Notes: a model not told the origin generated them from the sequence alone. Counted from the stretch's first letter, positions 45,416 through 56,072 are shown. The stretch is 64,000 nucleotides of DNA from Candidatus Aminicenantes bacterium (GCA_963705895.1 OY970122.1:588744-652743); one strand, 5' to 3'. Numbers and translations are program-made.

Positions 45416-47008
45416 ATGAAAGGCAAATTTCTAGGGATCTTGGTGCTTTCGGCTTTTTTGCTGGGATTGCCCTCTATCGCTCGAGGACAGACGCTGACCA
45501 TTCTCCATTCCAATGATACGCACTCGGCGCTCTTTCCCTTCGGCCCCGGGGGCACCGTCGGCGGCATCGAAAGGATGTCTGCGCTCATCAAATCGTTGAA
45601 AGCAAAGAACAATCATGTCCTGACCTTGAATGCGGGTGACGTTTTCGTCGGGTCGTTCGAATTCAACAAGTACCTGGGCTATCCCGAGCTGCAGATCATG
45701 CAGAAGCTGTATGACGCCATGGAACTCGGCAACCACGAGTTCGACCTGGGAGTCGATACTTTGACCGGAATCCTGACCGGTGTCATCCCGGGCGGCCCGC
45801 CGATCAGCCTGCCCATCCTCTGCGCCAACATCGACCTGTCGTCCTATCCCGCTCTGGGTTCGATTGTCAAGCCGTACTTCATCAAGGATTTGGGGAAATT
45901 CAAGATCGGGGTCATCGGCGTGCTCAACACCGACGCCCAAAACTATTCGCCCGAGGTGGCCGCGCTCTTGACCGATCCCTACCAGGCGGCGGGACTTCAA
46001 GCGGCGACCGTGAGAGCCTTGGGCTGCAACATCGTCATCTGCGTCTCGCATCTGGGGCAAATGTACGACGTCCTCGGACTGTCTCAAGTTCCGGGAATCG
46101 ATATCATCGTGGGCGGTCATTCGCACGACGCCTTGAAAAAGCCCGTCCTGGCCGGGGGCAAGATCATCGTCCAAGCCGGTGATTATGGAAGGTATTTGGG
46201 CGAGCTCAGAGTGGCCTTGAACGGGAGCACCGTGGTTTTGCAGGGTTATACCTTGCACCGCATCGACAAGACGATCCCTAAAGACCCCAAACTGGCCGGG
46301 ACGATGGCCGCCCTCCGAAACGGCATCCTCTACGACCCGCGATTCGGAAACGTGCTGACAGCGCGCGTAGCCACGGCCGACAGGCTGATGACGGATTCTT
46401 GGGTCCCCGGAAACCCCTACCGGGATACGCCGCTCGGCAATCTGGTGGCTGACGCCATCAAGACGGAAGTCGTAAACCACGGCTACAGCTTCGACATCGG
46501 CCTGGAAGTCATGGGCTACACGGCCTTCCAGCTTTACAAGGGCAAGATCGTAGGCAATGACATCCTGCGCTGCGTCCCCTACGGCTACGATCCGACGTCG
46601 GGCCTGGACTTCAAGATCGATATCATCGAGATCGACGGCGGCACGCTTCTGGCCTTGCTTGAATACTCGGTGTCGATCGTCGAATATGCGGACGATCTGT
46701 CGCTGGAACCTTCTGGCCTGACTTTCAAGTACGACTCGAGCCAGCCGGCCTCGACGACGCTGGGGGTTCTCAGCCGTATCGACCCGACTTCGGTCATGAT
46801 CAACGGACAGCCGATCGACCCGACGGCCCATTACAAAATCGCCCTCAACGAGCAGATCTACAACACACTCCTGGGTCTAGGGGTGACACCCTATTCGATC
46901 ACCGAGACAGGGCTTTTCGAGTACAACCTTGTCCGTGATTTTGTGCAGGGCCTCAATCATGTCGATTATCAAGCCGAGGGGCGGGTCATCGACACGGCCA
47001 TCAAATAA
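45416..47008 (+). CDS. secreted bifunctional metallophosphoesterase / 5'-nucleotidase (UshA-like)
   Basis: GGAGG RBS, signal peptide MKGKFLGILVLSAFLLGLPSIARG; metallophosphatase motifs ILHSNDTHS, NAGDVFVGS, GNHEFD, GGHSH; 5'-nucleotidase C-terminal domain. The ORF is open upstream to 45236. Confidence 0.8.
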   Translation: MKGKFLGILVLSAFLLGLPSIARGQTLTILHSNDTHSALFPFGPGGTVGGIERMSALIKSLKAKNNHVLTLNAGDVFVGSFEFNKYLGYPELQIMQKLYDAMELGNHEFDLGVDTLTGILTGVIPGGPPISLPILCANIDLSSYPALGSIVKPYFIKDLGKFKIGVIGVLNTDAQNYSPEVAALLTDPYQAAGLQAATVRALGCNIVICVSHLGQMYDVLGLSQVPGIDIIVGGHSHDALKKPVLAGGKIIVQAGDYGRYLGELRVALNGSTVVLQGYTLHRIDKTIPKDPKLAGTMAALRNGILYDPRFGNVLTARVATADRLMTDSWVPGNPYRDTPLGNLVADAIKTEVVNHGYSFDIGLEVMGYTAFQLYKGKIVGNDILRCVPYGYDPTSGLDFKIDIIEIDGGTLLALLEYSVSIVEYADDLSLEPSGLTFKYDSSQPASTTLGVLSRIDPTSVMINGQPIDPTAHYKIALNEQIYNTLLGLGVTPYSITETGLFEYNLVRDFVQGLNHVDYQAEGRVIDTAIK

Positions 47009-47518
47009 GCGGCGCCTTTTAATACGCAGACACTGACCGAACTCGATACCGACGGGACTATTCGGCTGGCTGGCCAGGAATTCCCGATTCGATATGTCCC
47101 GGCGAACTCGGCCGGCGAATTCGGCTCAACGGACAAGCCGATATTTGATCAGGAGCGACGCCGGCGTTTCGGGGAGCTTGACCGCCAGCCCGGCCAGAAG
47201 CTCCCGGCCGCTCTTGAGGAGGGTGAGGCCGTAATCCTCATAAGATATACCATAATCGTGGCCCGGGATTTCGTAAGAATTTGCTTTTTGGCTGCGCCTG
47301 CCTGCGGGCACGATTGCGTCTCGATGATCCCATCCAAGCATCGTGATCAGCATGCTCTGTGCAGCGAAAGGAATCCGGCAAAGGCGCGAAAGCGATTGGC
47401 TTGAGGCGAAGTTCCGCTTATGGCTCGAAAGGATGCATCAAGGCTGGAAAACTCCCGTCATCCAAGGCAAAACTCGCCCTTGATCGGTCAGAGGAGGCCA
47501 ACCGAACAAAGCGCGGCT

Positions 47519-48208
47519 TTATTTCTGGAACTTGTAGCCCGACCAGGCGACGGTGAGCAGGTGTCGGGGATTGCCGGGGTCGGTTTCGATCTTCTGCCTG
47601 AGGTTGTGGATGAAGGTATCGACGGTCCTGGTGCTCGGGAACTTGTCGTAACCCCAGACCTCGCTAAGGATCGTCTCGCGGCTGACGATCTCCCCTTCAT
47701 GGCTTATCAGAAGATGGAGAAGCCCGTATTCCTTGGCCGTCAGGTGCAGTTCCTCGCTGCCCCGGGCCGCGGTCCTTTTCTTGAAATGGACCTGAACGTC
47801 GTCAAAAGCATAATCGTCCAGAGTCACCGGTCCCGGCCGGCTTCGGCGGAGGACGGCATGGACCCGGGCCATGAACTCCTTGGCCCCAAAGGGCTTGAGG
47901 ACGTAGTCGTCGGCGCCGAGCTCCAGCCCCAGGACCTTGTCCACTTCCTCTTTTTTCTGGCCAGTCAGTATGATGATGGGCGTGGCGTTCCCCCTGTCCC
48001 TCATCCGGCGGAGGATCTCCATCCCCGTCAGGTGCGGCAGGACGAGATCCAGGACGACAAGGTCGAGGCTTTCCTTGGAAGCCCGCTCCAACGCTTTCTC
48101 GCCGTCCGTTTCGGACAGCACCTGGAACCCTTCCGCCTCCAGGGCTAGCCGGAGCGTTTCCTGAAGGGCCCGGTCGTCGTCGATCACCAGGACTTTGGGC
48201 ATGTTCAT
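47519..48208 (-). CDS. OmpR/PhoB-family response regulator (receiver + winged-helix)
   Basis: ...KVLVIDDDRALQETLRLALEAEGFQVL...LDLVVLDLVLP...; C-terminal ...LTAKEYGLLHLLISHEGEIVSRETILSEVWGYD...; overlaps the HK gene by 4 nt. Confidence 0.85.
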   Translation of the reverse strand: MNMPKVLVIDDDRALQETLRLALEAEGFQVLSETDGEKALERASKESLDLVVLDLVLPHLTGMEILRRMRDRGNATPIIILTGQKKEEVDKVLGLELGADDYVLKPFGAKEFMARVHAVLRRSRPGPVTLDDYAFDDVQVHFKKRTAARGSEELHLTAKEYGLLHLLISHEGEIVSRETILSEVWGYDKFPSTRTVDTFIHNLRQKIETDPGNPRHLLTVAWSGYKFQK

Positions 48209-50571
48209 TTCCTCGGGAAAGCCAGGCTGAAGACCGTCCCCTGGCCGGGCGCGGGTTCGACCCTGACCGCCCCGCCGTGGGCCTCCATGATATGTTTCAC
48301 GATCTTCAGCCCTAGCCCCACACCTTGGGGATTGTGGCGGCTGGCCGATGCCGCCCGGTAGAACTTATCGAAGACCTTGTCCCGTTCCTCGGGAGGGATG
48401 CCGATGCCCCAGTCCCGGACCCGGACCTCGACCTCGCGGGCTCCGCTGACGATCCGCACCTCAACCTCTTTCCTGCTGACCGAGTACTTAATAGCATTGT
48501 CGATGAGGTTTATCAAGGCCTGCTTGACGGCGTCCCGGTCGAGCCTGAGGATGATGGGCGAGGACGGCATATCCAGGGCGAGCGTGACGCCCTGGGTTTC
48601 GTCGCTGAAGCGGAATAAGCCCACCACTTCCTCGACCAGCGGCTGAAGCACCGTTTCCTGAAAATCGTAGGCTTTGACGTTCTGCTCCATCTTGCCGTAA
48701 TCCAGGATGTTATGGAGAAAGCGCGAGAGGCGGCTGCTCTCGCAGGCCATGATCGCCAGGACCCTCTCCCGGCGCGCCTCGTCCTTGAGCGTCCCGGACT
48801 GGAGGATCTCGACCAGGCCCTGGAGCGAACTCAGCGGCGTCCGGAGTTCGTGGGAGACGCTGGAGATGAATTCGGTCTTGAGCCTGTTCAACTCGTCCAG
48901 CTTTTCCTTGGAGGCCCGCTCGTAGATCACCTCCTCCTGGAGCTTGACCCGCTCCAGATGAACGGCGAGCTCGGCCAGGAGGGCGGAGAGAAACTCGAGG
49001 TCATCGGCCGAGAACCGTTCCCCGGACTTTTTCTTGCCGAGCGCCAGGAACCCGGCGAGCGACGGAGAATTGAAAGCCATGGGCAGGGAGAGCTCGACCC
49101 GGCACCGTTCCAGGAGGTTTTCCCGGGAAAAATCGAGGCCGTCGGTGAAACGTACGGCCTGACGGCGGGCCAGGGGCAGAATGCCGGCGCGGACGGCGGG
49201 CGCCAGGTCTTCGACCACGGCCCCATCCCCTCTCACCAGACTCGCCCCGACCCCGTTTTTGGCGGCGGCATAGACGGCCATGTCCAGGCGCTCTGTCGGG
49301 AGGACCCGGGCGAGCTCACTCTGGAAAAAATCGGCCAAGCGGTCCTCACCCGCCAAGCACTGCGCTTTCTCGCTGAAGTGCAAGACGGCCCGGCGCGAAT
49401 CATAGCTCTGACGGAAAAAAGCCTTATCCACAAAGGCCTGGACCCTTTTCCGGCCAGGGTCGAAGAGCGCGGCCACAACCACCGTCGCGGCCACGGAGAA
49501 GACAATCTCATGCGGTTTGAACCACTGTGCCGAGATAAGCCGGAGCGCCTCCAGGGACAGCAAATAAAAGCTGACGGCCAGGATGGTCAGGATGGCGTAA
49601 ACCAGACTGCGCTTGATGACGAGCTCGATATGCATGAGCTTGAACCTGAAGATGGCCACCGCGAAAGCCAGGGGGATGATAACGAAAAAAACGCTCGACA
49701 GCTCTTCGGATAGCAAAGGCCGCCCCCCGAGGATCCTCGGCAGCTGGTAGAGGAATATGAAGGGCCCCAGTCCGAGGACGAACCCGTAGGACAGCCACAT
49801 GATCTGGGCTTTTTCCTCCCGGCGTTCGGTCTTTCGGAAGCGGAGGATAAGGTAGGGCACGGTGAAGGCGATGGCCGCCACGATAAAAAGGCGCAGGGCA
49901 TAGACGACTTTCAGCTCCCAGCGAAAAACGACCTGGGACCCCCGGAGGAGCGCCGTCAGGTACAGGCTGTCCGCAGTCAGGGACAGCACGGCGGCCGTTC
50001 CGTAGGTCAAAAAGATTGATGATCGCCTGGGGCGGCCAGACAGGGCCAGAGAAAAGTGGAGAAGCAGGGCCGGACAGAGAGGATAGAGGATGTTGAAGAT
50101 GAAACCCGGGAGGTAGGTCAGGCCGCTCTTGCCCACCCCGTAGAATTCGCCGTTGATGATGATGGTGCAGGAGAAACAGACCATGGCCGCGTAGAAGATC
50201 CTGGCCAGGGAATCGTCCCGCTTCAGGACGAAGACGGCCGTCCCGATGCTCAGGTTGACCAGGCCGATGATCAGAAAAATGAACGGAAACGGCGCCTGAC
50301 TGTAGTAGGGCACGAGCCGGACGAAGCGCGCTTCGGTCCGCCCGTCGGAACGTAGCCCTACTGTGACCCATTCACCCACGGATTTGCGGCTGAGGACGAA
50401 ATTCAATTCGTCCGGAGTCAGGATCCGGCTGGCGTCGAGCTGCGTAACGGACGACCGGTTGATCTCCTGAGGAAGGCCAGGCCGGTGTTGCATCAGGGTG
50501 AAGCCAAAAATACTTACCGCGGCCAGCGCCACCCCGGCCAAAAGACTCAGGAAGAAATAACCCCTTTTCAA
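48205..50571 (-). CDS. sensor histidine kinase with N-terminal multi-TM (7TM-type) sensor region, GAF domain, HisKA and HATPase_c
   Basis: Signal/TM N-terminus then 6-7 TM helices; ...SHELRTPLSSLQGLVEIL... (H-box), ...LINLIDNAIKYS... (N-box), ...GVGLGLKIVKHIMEAHGG... (G-box). Confidence 0.85.
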   Translation of the reverse strand: MKRGYFFLSLLAGVALAAVSIFGFTLMQHRPGLPQEINRSSVTQLDASRILTPDELNFVLSRKSVGEWVTVGLRSDGRTEARFVRLVPYYSQAPFPFIFLIIGLVNLSIGTAVFVLKRDDSLARIFYAAMVCFSCTIIINGEFYGVGKSGLTYLPGFIFNILYPLCPALLLHFSLALSGRPRRSSIFLTYGTAAVLSLTADSLYLTALLRGSQVVFRWELKVVYALRLFIVAAIAFTVPYLILRFRKTERREEKAQIMWLSYGFVLGLGPFIFLYQLPRILGGRPLLSEELSSVFFVIIPLAFAVAIFRFKLMHIELVIKRSLVYAILTILAVSFYLLSLEALRLISAQWFKPHEIVFSVAATVVVAALFDPGRKRVQAFVDKAFFRQSYDSRRAVLHFSEKAQCLAGEDRLADFFQSELARVLPTERLDMAVYAAAKNGVGASLVRGDGAVVEDLAPAVRAGILPLARRQAVRFTDGLDFSRENLLERCRVELSLPMAFNSPSLAGFLALGKKKSGERFSADDLEFLSALLAELAVHLERVKLQEEVIYERASKEKLDELNRLKTEFISSVSHELRTPLSSLQGLVEILQSGTLKDEARRERVLAIMACESSRLSRFLHNILDYGKMEQNVKAYDFQETVLQPLVEEVVGLFRFSDETQGVTLALDMPSSPIILRLDRDAVKQALINLIDNAIKYSVSRKEVEVRIVSGAREVEVRVRDWGIGIPPEERDKVFDKFYRAASASRHNPQGVGLGLKIVKHIMEAHGGAVRVEPAPGQGTVFSLAFPRK

Positions 50572-50901
50572 AGGAAGGTTCTGCTCCGTCTGAAATATTC
50601 ATAGCACCCCATTCCGGAATAGTCAATTCTCTAAAACTGATAGAAATGGTTTATACCTTGGGCTTTCTTTTGTAGGCTTAGGTCATTTAGGGAAGGAGAA
50701 GCCTTATGGCTAATCACGATCCAATCAGGAGCCAGGAATGGAGATTAGGGATTATCCGGCACGTCGAGGAGGTGACCCACAATGTTTCCAAAACCTGATG
50801 GGGATAATTAATGCATATATACGCCGGCCCAGACTGAATGGGGAAAGCGATTTCTGTTTTTATGAAAAACGTCCCGGTTGGAGGCTTGTCTCGGGATTAT
50901 T

Positions 50902-52062
50902 TTATCGCTCGGGCAGAAGATTCTCTTTTTTTAAATGGAGGACTCGCTGTCCTTCCGCGTTTTTGATTTCCATGCGGATTTCCCGGATGCCGCTATCGTT
51001 GAGTTGATGGAGAAGATCGAACAGGTCCGACCCGCTCAGCGTTTTCCCGTTCAACGATACGATCTCATCCTCGGGGGCGACACCGGCTCTATCGGCAGGC
51101 GAACCTGTCCAGACACCACGAACCGAGATCTTTCCGCCATCGTTCAAATGAACCTGCATGCCGAAGGAGAATTCGTTGGCCGGAATCGGAGATCCCGATT
51201 GAGGGATGAATCGTATTTCGTCTTTGGGATAATTGATGATCGTTATATATGAGGCCAAAAAATCCCTACCCAGGAGAAGCATCGACAGCACAGAGGGAAG
51301 TTCGGCGGAAAAGGCCAGGAGATTCTGAACTTCCGCGCTTCCCAAGGAGATGGAATCGATGCGCCCCAGGTAGTTGTCCCGGGAGGTTGTCCCGGGCCAG
51401 TGGTAGATATGTCCCTTGGCTTTGATCCAGCCTCCTTTTTCGGAGATTTCCAATTTTTTGAGGATGTCGGGGGGCAAAACCAGGGGATAGGGCTGACCGG
51501 TATCCACCATGGCTTCCGCTTCATAATTTCCGTTCAATTTGCATTTGAGTACCGGAGCAGAATTCACGGGATGATGGGTGAATTTGAGCAAAAAACCTTT
51601 TTGCGGATCTCCCGTGACCGAGGTGTCATTGGAAAGAACGAGAGTTTTCCGATGGTAATCGAGGGTGACCTTGAACCGGTCCAGCAGGTCGGATCCGATC
51701 AAACCGTGGATCGTGACGCCCGGATATGTTTCGAACATCTTAAATAACACCGGAGAGGCAACGCAAAAAACGGAATCAATCCGGTAATTGCCGATATCCA
51801 GACTGTTCATTTTGACCATCGTGCCTTTTCGTTTTAATTGAAGTTTATCCGCGGTTACACTATCCAGCATCGTTACACCGCCGGTATCGACAATAAAATT
51901 ATACTCTTCGGGATGATCGTTGATTTTGCCCTTGATGAAAATAATGTGTCCTTTCAGTTCAAAAGGTATGATGCCTTCCTTATGGGCCGTTTCATTCTGT
52001 GGATAGGCGAAGAGCGCGGAGACGAAGACAAGAACGCTGAAAACAAAGGCGGTTTTTCTCAT
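50902..52062 (-). CDS. secreted retropepsin-like aspartic protease (two DTG motifs) with C-terminal PDZ domain
   Basis: Start MRKTAFVFSVLVFVSALFAYPQ (signal peptide); IVDTGGV and MVDTGQP catalytic motifs; C-terminal PDZ (...ISVRGVWTGSPADRAGVAPEDEIVSLNGKTL...). Confidence 0.6.
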   Translation of the reverse strand: MRKTAFVFSVLVFVSALFAYPQNETAHKEGIIPFELKGHIIFIKGKINDHPEEYNFIVDTGGVTMLDSVTADKLQLKRKGTMVKMNSLDIGNYRIDSVFCVASPVLFKMFETYPGVTIHGLIGSDLLDRFKVTLDYHRKTLVLSNDTSVTGDPQKGFLLKFTHHPVNSAPVLKCKLNGNYEAEAMVDTGQPYPLVLPPDILKKLEISEKGGWIKAKGHIYHWPGTTSRDNYLGRIDSISLGSAEVQNLLAFSAELPSVLSMLLLGRDFLASYITIINYPKDEIRFIPQSGSPIPANEFSFGMQVHLNDGGKISVRGVWTGSPADRAGVAPEDEIVSLNGKTLSGSDLFDLLHQLNDSGIREIRMEIKNAEGQRVLHLKKENLLPER

Positions 52063-52283
52063 GTTGCGACTCGTTGGCTTGGATTTGAAAAGCATCCTAT
52101 CGCATCTCTGCCGGAAAAAGCAACTGTCTGCGTCACCTGTTTTATGGCATCTTCTGTGAAGCAAATCATCATCGTCGTCCTAGCTGGGGGAAGCCCTTTC
52201 CCGGCGAAATAAACGGCAGTGAGGTCAAGACGGGCTAAAACGATAGAAGATGAAAGCGCGGACGCGACCCTGCTCTTTGTTCT

Positions 52284-52460
52284 CTATTTGGTCTTGCGCA
52301 AACCGGCTACTCCGTTAGCTAGAAAAGCACCGGAGGCTACGCCGCTGAAAAAAAAGATAAGGAATTTCGCCAGGGATAATTCACTTTGAGTGAAAAACAC
52401 GACGGCGACGCACAGAAAGACAAGGCTTGAAAGAAAAAAGCTAAAGGAACGTTTTTTCAT
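52284..52460 (-). CDS. small hydrophobic peptide (58 aa, 2 TM), hypothetical
   Basis: Found by reading the minus strand: MKKRSFSFFLSSLVFLCVAVVFFTQSELSLAKFLIFFFSGVASGAFLANGVAGLRKTK with GGAGGA RBS 9 nt upstream. Below the ORF-track length cutoff. Confidence 0.3.
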   Translation of the reverse strand: MKKRSFSFFLSSLVFLCVAVVFFTQSELSLAKFLIFFFSGVASGAFLANGVAGLRKTK

Positions 52461-52568
52461 CTCTTAAATCCTCCGCCTCTCAACATTTAAATAAATAGCG
52501 TCCATTCGAACAATTTAATTTGAATTAAATAGCACAATAATCAAAGGTTATCAATGATGATTCCGTTG

Positions 52569-52994
52569 TCACTTCATCGGTATCGTCCCTTTTACGGTCT
52601 GGGTTTGGTGGGCGCCCTTGGTGGTGTGCACCAGGAAGCCGTCCTGCCCGGGCAGCCAGATTTCAGCCAGCACATAAACTGTGAAGTATTCCGTGTATGA
52701 CGGCTCGAAGTTTCCCACCGCATCGAAGACAAGCTGGGGTTCCGCAAGGGGCGGCTGGGGTTGCGGCAACCTATTGATGAAGGGGACCTGAACTTCCTTG
52801 GCGGTCGAAATATAAAGAAAGCTGATCTTCCCTTCAGCCGTCAAGGCTACTTCGTAATCACCCGCAGGGAACTTTTGGTTTCCCGATTCGAATTTGAACG
52901 GGACCTTGAACGTCCCCTGGGCATAAGCCGAAGCATAGCCTGCGATGAGAACAAGGCCCATGGCCGCGAGAATCCAAACAACTTGACGCTTCAT
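52569..52994 (-). CDS. hypothetical secreted protein
   Basis: AAGGGGAAG RBS; MKRQVVWILAAMGLVLIAGYASAYAQ signal peptide; no recognised domain. Confidence 0.45.
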   Translation of the reverse strand: MKRQVVWILAAMGLVLIAGYASAYAQGTFKVPFKFESGNQKFPAGDYEVALTAEGKISFLYISTAKEVQVPFINRLPQPQPPLAEPQLVFDAVGNFEPSYTEYFTVYVLAEIWLPGQDGFLVHTTKGAHQTQTVKGTIPMK

Positions 52995-53008
52995 CGATCT
53001 TCCCCTTT

Positions 53009-54388
53009 TTACCGGATACTCGCCCACGGCACGCCCGCCACCGGTCCATCATCCGCCGAGGCCAGGGTCGTCGGAACGCCGTTCTTGAGCGCGTCTTCCA
53101 TGGCCATGACGAACGTATCGATCTCCTCGAGCGTGGTGTATACGTTGGGCGAAACCCGGAGGGCCTGGTAATCGAAGACCTGGTTCGGCGGGGCGCCGCC
53201 GACCAGCGGGACGGCGATGATCCGGTACTTGTCCATCAGGAACTTGGCCAGGTCCCTGACGTCGATCCCCTCGACGCTGACGGCGCACACCGCCCACGTT
53301 TCCGGCGGCTCGCCGAGGTTCGACAGGATCTTGACCCGCGGATATTTCTTGAGGGCGTTCGCCCAGCGAAGCGTCAGGTAGCGCAACCGGGCCGCCTTGC
53401 GCTCGCCCCCGATGGCCTGATGGAAGGCCAGAGCTTCGCCCAGGGCCGCCCGGATGGCCCAGGGATGCGTCCCGATGGACTCGAACTTGCGGATATCGTT
53501 GTCCTGCTGTTCGGGGGCGGCCTGCAGAGGCCAGAACCTCGGGATCATTTCCCGGCGTACGTACAGGCAGCCGTTGCCGATCGGCGCCAGCAGCCACTTG
53601 TGAAGGCTGACACCGTAGGCGTCGCACTCGAGGTCCCGCAGCTTGAACGGGAATTGACCCAAGGCGTGGGCGCCGTCGACGATCGTGACGATCCCCTTCG
53701 ATCGGGCCAGGCGGGAGAGCCGCTGAACCGGGAACATCTGGGCCGTCAGGTTGGTCACGTGGCAAAAATGGAAGACCTTCGTCCGCGGGGAGATGGCCTT
53801 CTCGAACCGCTGGTAAAGATCATCCCCAGTCGTCGGCACCGGGAACTGAAGGCGAGTGACCTTGATTCCCTCGCGCCGCAGGCGCTGGTCCCAGGTCGTC
53901 AGCATGCGCGGGTAGTCCTGCTCGGTAGTGATGACCTCGTCGCCGGCCTTGAGGTCGATCCCGTTTTGGACGATCTGCAGCGACTCGCTGGCGCCGCGCG
54001 TCAGGGCCAGCTCTTCCGGTTCGCATCCGAACTCCGCCGCCATCCGGAGACGGATCGTCTCGATGTTCTTGGCGACCATGCCCTGGTAATGGACGGGCAG
54101 CATGTTGATCATTTCCATGTACCGAAACTCCGATTCGAGCACGACCCTGGGGCACGGGGCGGTGAACCCGTTGTTCAAGTTGATAAGTTCGCGGTCGAGC
54201 TTGAAGGCGAGCTGGATCTCCCTCCAGTAGAACTCGTCCCTGGCCACTTCCTCGGGCAGACGGTCCGCGACCGATTGCGAAGCGGCCTCGACCCCCTCGA
54301 GTCCGCCGGGCTTGAGCGCATATCCCGCCGCCCCCACGGCTCCGCACAAACGCAGAAACGATCGTCGATTCAACATCTCAGACTTCAT
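53009..54388 (-). CDS. Tat-signal class V aminotransferase-fold PLP enzyme (cysteine desulfurase/isopenicillin-N-epimerase-like)
   Basis: Twin-arginine signal MKSEMLNRRSFLRLCGAVGAAGYA; class V fold (...FHFCHVTNLTAQMFPVQRLSRLARSKGIVTIVDGAHALGQFPFKLRDLECDAYGVSLHKWL...) with PLP-lysine context SLHKW. Confidence 0.75.
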   Translation of the reverse strand: MKSEMLNRRSFLRLCGAVGAAGYALKPGGLEGVEAASQSVADRLPEEVARDEFYWREIQLAFKLDRELINLNNGFTAPCPRVVLESEFRYMEMINMLPVHYQGMVAKNIETIRLRMAAEFGCEPEELALTRGASESLQIVQNGIDLKAGDEVITTEQDYPRMLTTWDQRLRREGIKVTRLQFPVPTTGDDLYQRFEKAISPRTKVFHFCHVTNLTAQMFPVQRLSRLARSKGIVTIVDGAHALGQFPFKLRDLECDAYGVSLHKWLLAPIGNGCLYVRREMIPRFWPLQAAPEQQDNDIRKFESIGTHPWAIRAALGEALAFHQAIGGERKAARLRYLTLRWANALKKYPRVKILSNLGEPPETWAVCAVSVEGIDVRDLAKFLMDKYRIIAVPLVGGAPPNQVFDYQALRVSPNVYTTLEEIDTFVMAMEDALKNGVPTTLASADDGPVAGVPWASIR

Positions 54389-54695
54389 GCTTGACCTCCT
54401 CGAACTCCGGTTTACGAGGATTGTAGTCCACGTCTCAAAAGGACGTCAAGGAATGCTTGGAGGAATGCCCTCTCCAAATCTGATAAGCAAGGAGGGTCTC
54501 GGACGGCCTGCACCCGTTTTCCATGGAGGACTCATGAAATAAAGGTCAAGGAAGGATTGCTGATAATCCTACCGGCGGTGATCGGAGCGCCAGGCCGGGT
54601 TCAAGGATGCGAACGAGATCGGGCCCGTCATGAGGACCCTGATCTATTGGCACCGGGACAGGATGGGGGTGGCGATCAAGCCGACTCGGCCTTGT

Positions 54696-55388
54696 TCAGG
54701 ACAGAGAATAATCCGCGGCAGCCCGGGCATGGATGGCCGTCGTGTCGAAAAGAGGAATTTCGTAGTCCTCCTGTTTCACCAGCAGGGGAATTTCCGTGCA
54801 GCCCAGGATGATGCCTTGGGCGCCTCCGTCCTTGAGCCTGGAGATGATCTCCTGAAATATCTTCTTCGATTTCTCTTTGATCTGACCCAGACAGAGCTCA
54901 TCGTAAAGAATGGCGTGAATGAGTTCCCGATCCTTTTCTTCGGGGATCATCACCTCGAGGCCGTGTCTTTTCCGCAACCTCCCCTTATAGAAATCCTGCT
55001 CCATGGTGAAACGGGTCCCCAGGAGGCCCACCCTCGCGAGGGAGCGCGATTTGACGGCTTCGGCCGTGACGTCGGCGATGTGGAGAAGAGGGATGCGGAT
55101 GGAATCCTGAACCCGGTCGGCCATCATGTGCATGGTGTTGGTGCAGATGACGAGCAACTCCGCGCCGGCTCTCTCGACCCTTTGGGCGGCGTCGATCATC
55201 AACACGGTCAACTCCTCCCATCGGCCCTCGTGCTGCCGGCTCTCCACCTCTTGAAAATCAACAGAATACAGGACAATTTTGGCCGAATGGAATCCGCCCG
55301 CTTTTTCTTTCACGCGCTGGTTGATGATTCGGTAGTATTCGAGAGTGGATTCCCAGCTCATTCCGCCCACCAGGCCGATGGTTCTCAA
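54696..55388 (-). CDS. aspartate/glutamate racemase-family protein (amino-acid racemase)
   Basis: MRTIGLVGGMSWESTLEYYRIINQ... and ...GAQGIILGCTEIPLL... (two Cys/Thr catalytic motifs of the Asp/Glu/hydantoin racemase family). Confidence 0.8.
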   Translation of the reverse strand: MRTIGLVGGMSWESTLEYYRIINQRVKEKAGGFHSAKIVLYSVDFQEVESRQHEGRWEELTVLMIDAAQRVERAGAELLVICTNTMHMMADRVQDSIRIPLLHIADVTAEAVKSRSLARVGLLGTRFTMEQDFYKGRLRKRHGLEVMIPEEKDRELIHAILYDELCLGQIKEKSKKIFQEIISRLKDGGAQGIILGCTEIPLLVKQEDYEIPLFDTTAIHARAAADYSLS

Positions 55389-56072
55389 CTTTTCCTCCGA
55401 AACCGTCTTTTACTGATGGCTACGATTCATCATTATATAAGAAAAACGAATAAAAGCGGCAGAGGGAATTCCGCTAGCACAATGTCCAATTGAAATCCCT
55501 CCTATCCGATTCCAATGCCCCCGGTTTTTTGAAAACCAAAGGCAGCAAGTGTTGTTGATACCGACAAGGTGTTCCGTCCGGCAGCCCCGCGCGAGAACAT
55601 CTTTTTTTAGCGCCGCCGGACCGGCCTTGAACGCATATCTCAAGTAGGTTGAGCGTTCCCACTATCAAGAGATGATGCCGATGACGGGGACCGGGCCATA
55701 CCCCGCCTCGATAACGTTTCTCGGATGGCCCGATTCTTGCTAATCTATGGGGGTGCCTTGATTTATCCAGAGTTTTTCTGGAAGGCATGTATGTTTTCTT
55801 TACTTTTATGAATAACGACGAAAAAATATTTACCCGCTCGGCCTTCCCGAGGACCTACGACCGTGGGGCCAACTGTTCATCCGGCAATCTCAAATGACGG
55901 GTGTTGATTTATGATGGGGACAGAGCGGGCCGATGAAAACGAGACTCGAGCTGGAGCAGTTCGTTCGGGCCGCCCTGGCGTTGTGCCCAAGAATCCCGGC
56001 ATCAGCCGAACAAATAAAAATGAATGGGGAGGCCGGACTCCGTTTCTGATTTCAATCTGGGAGGAACACACG

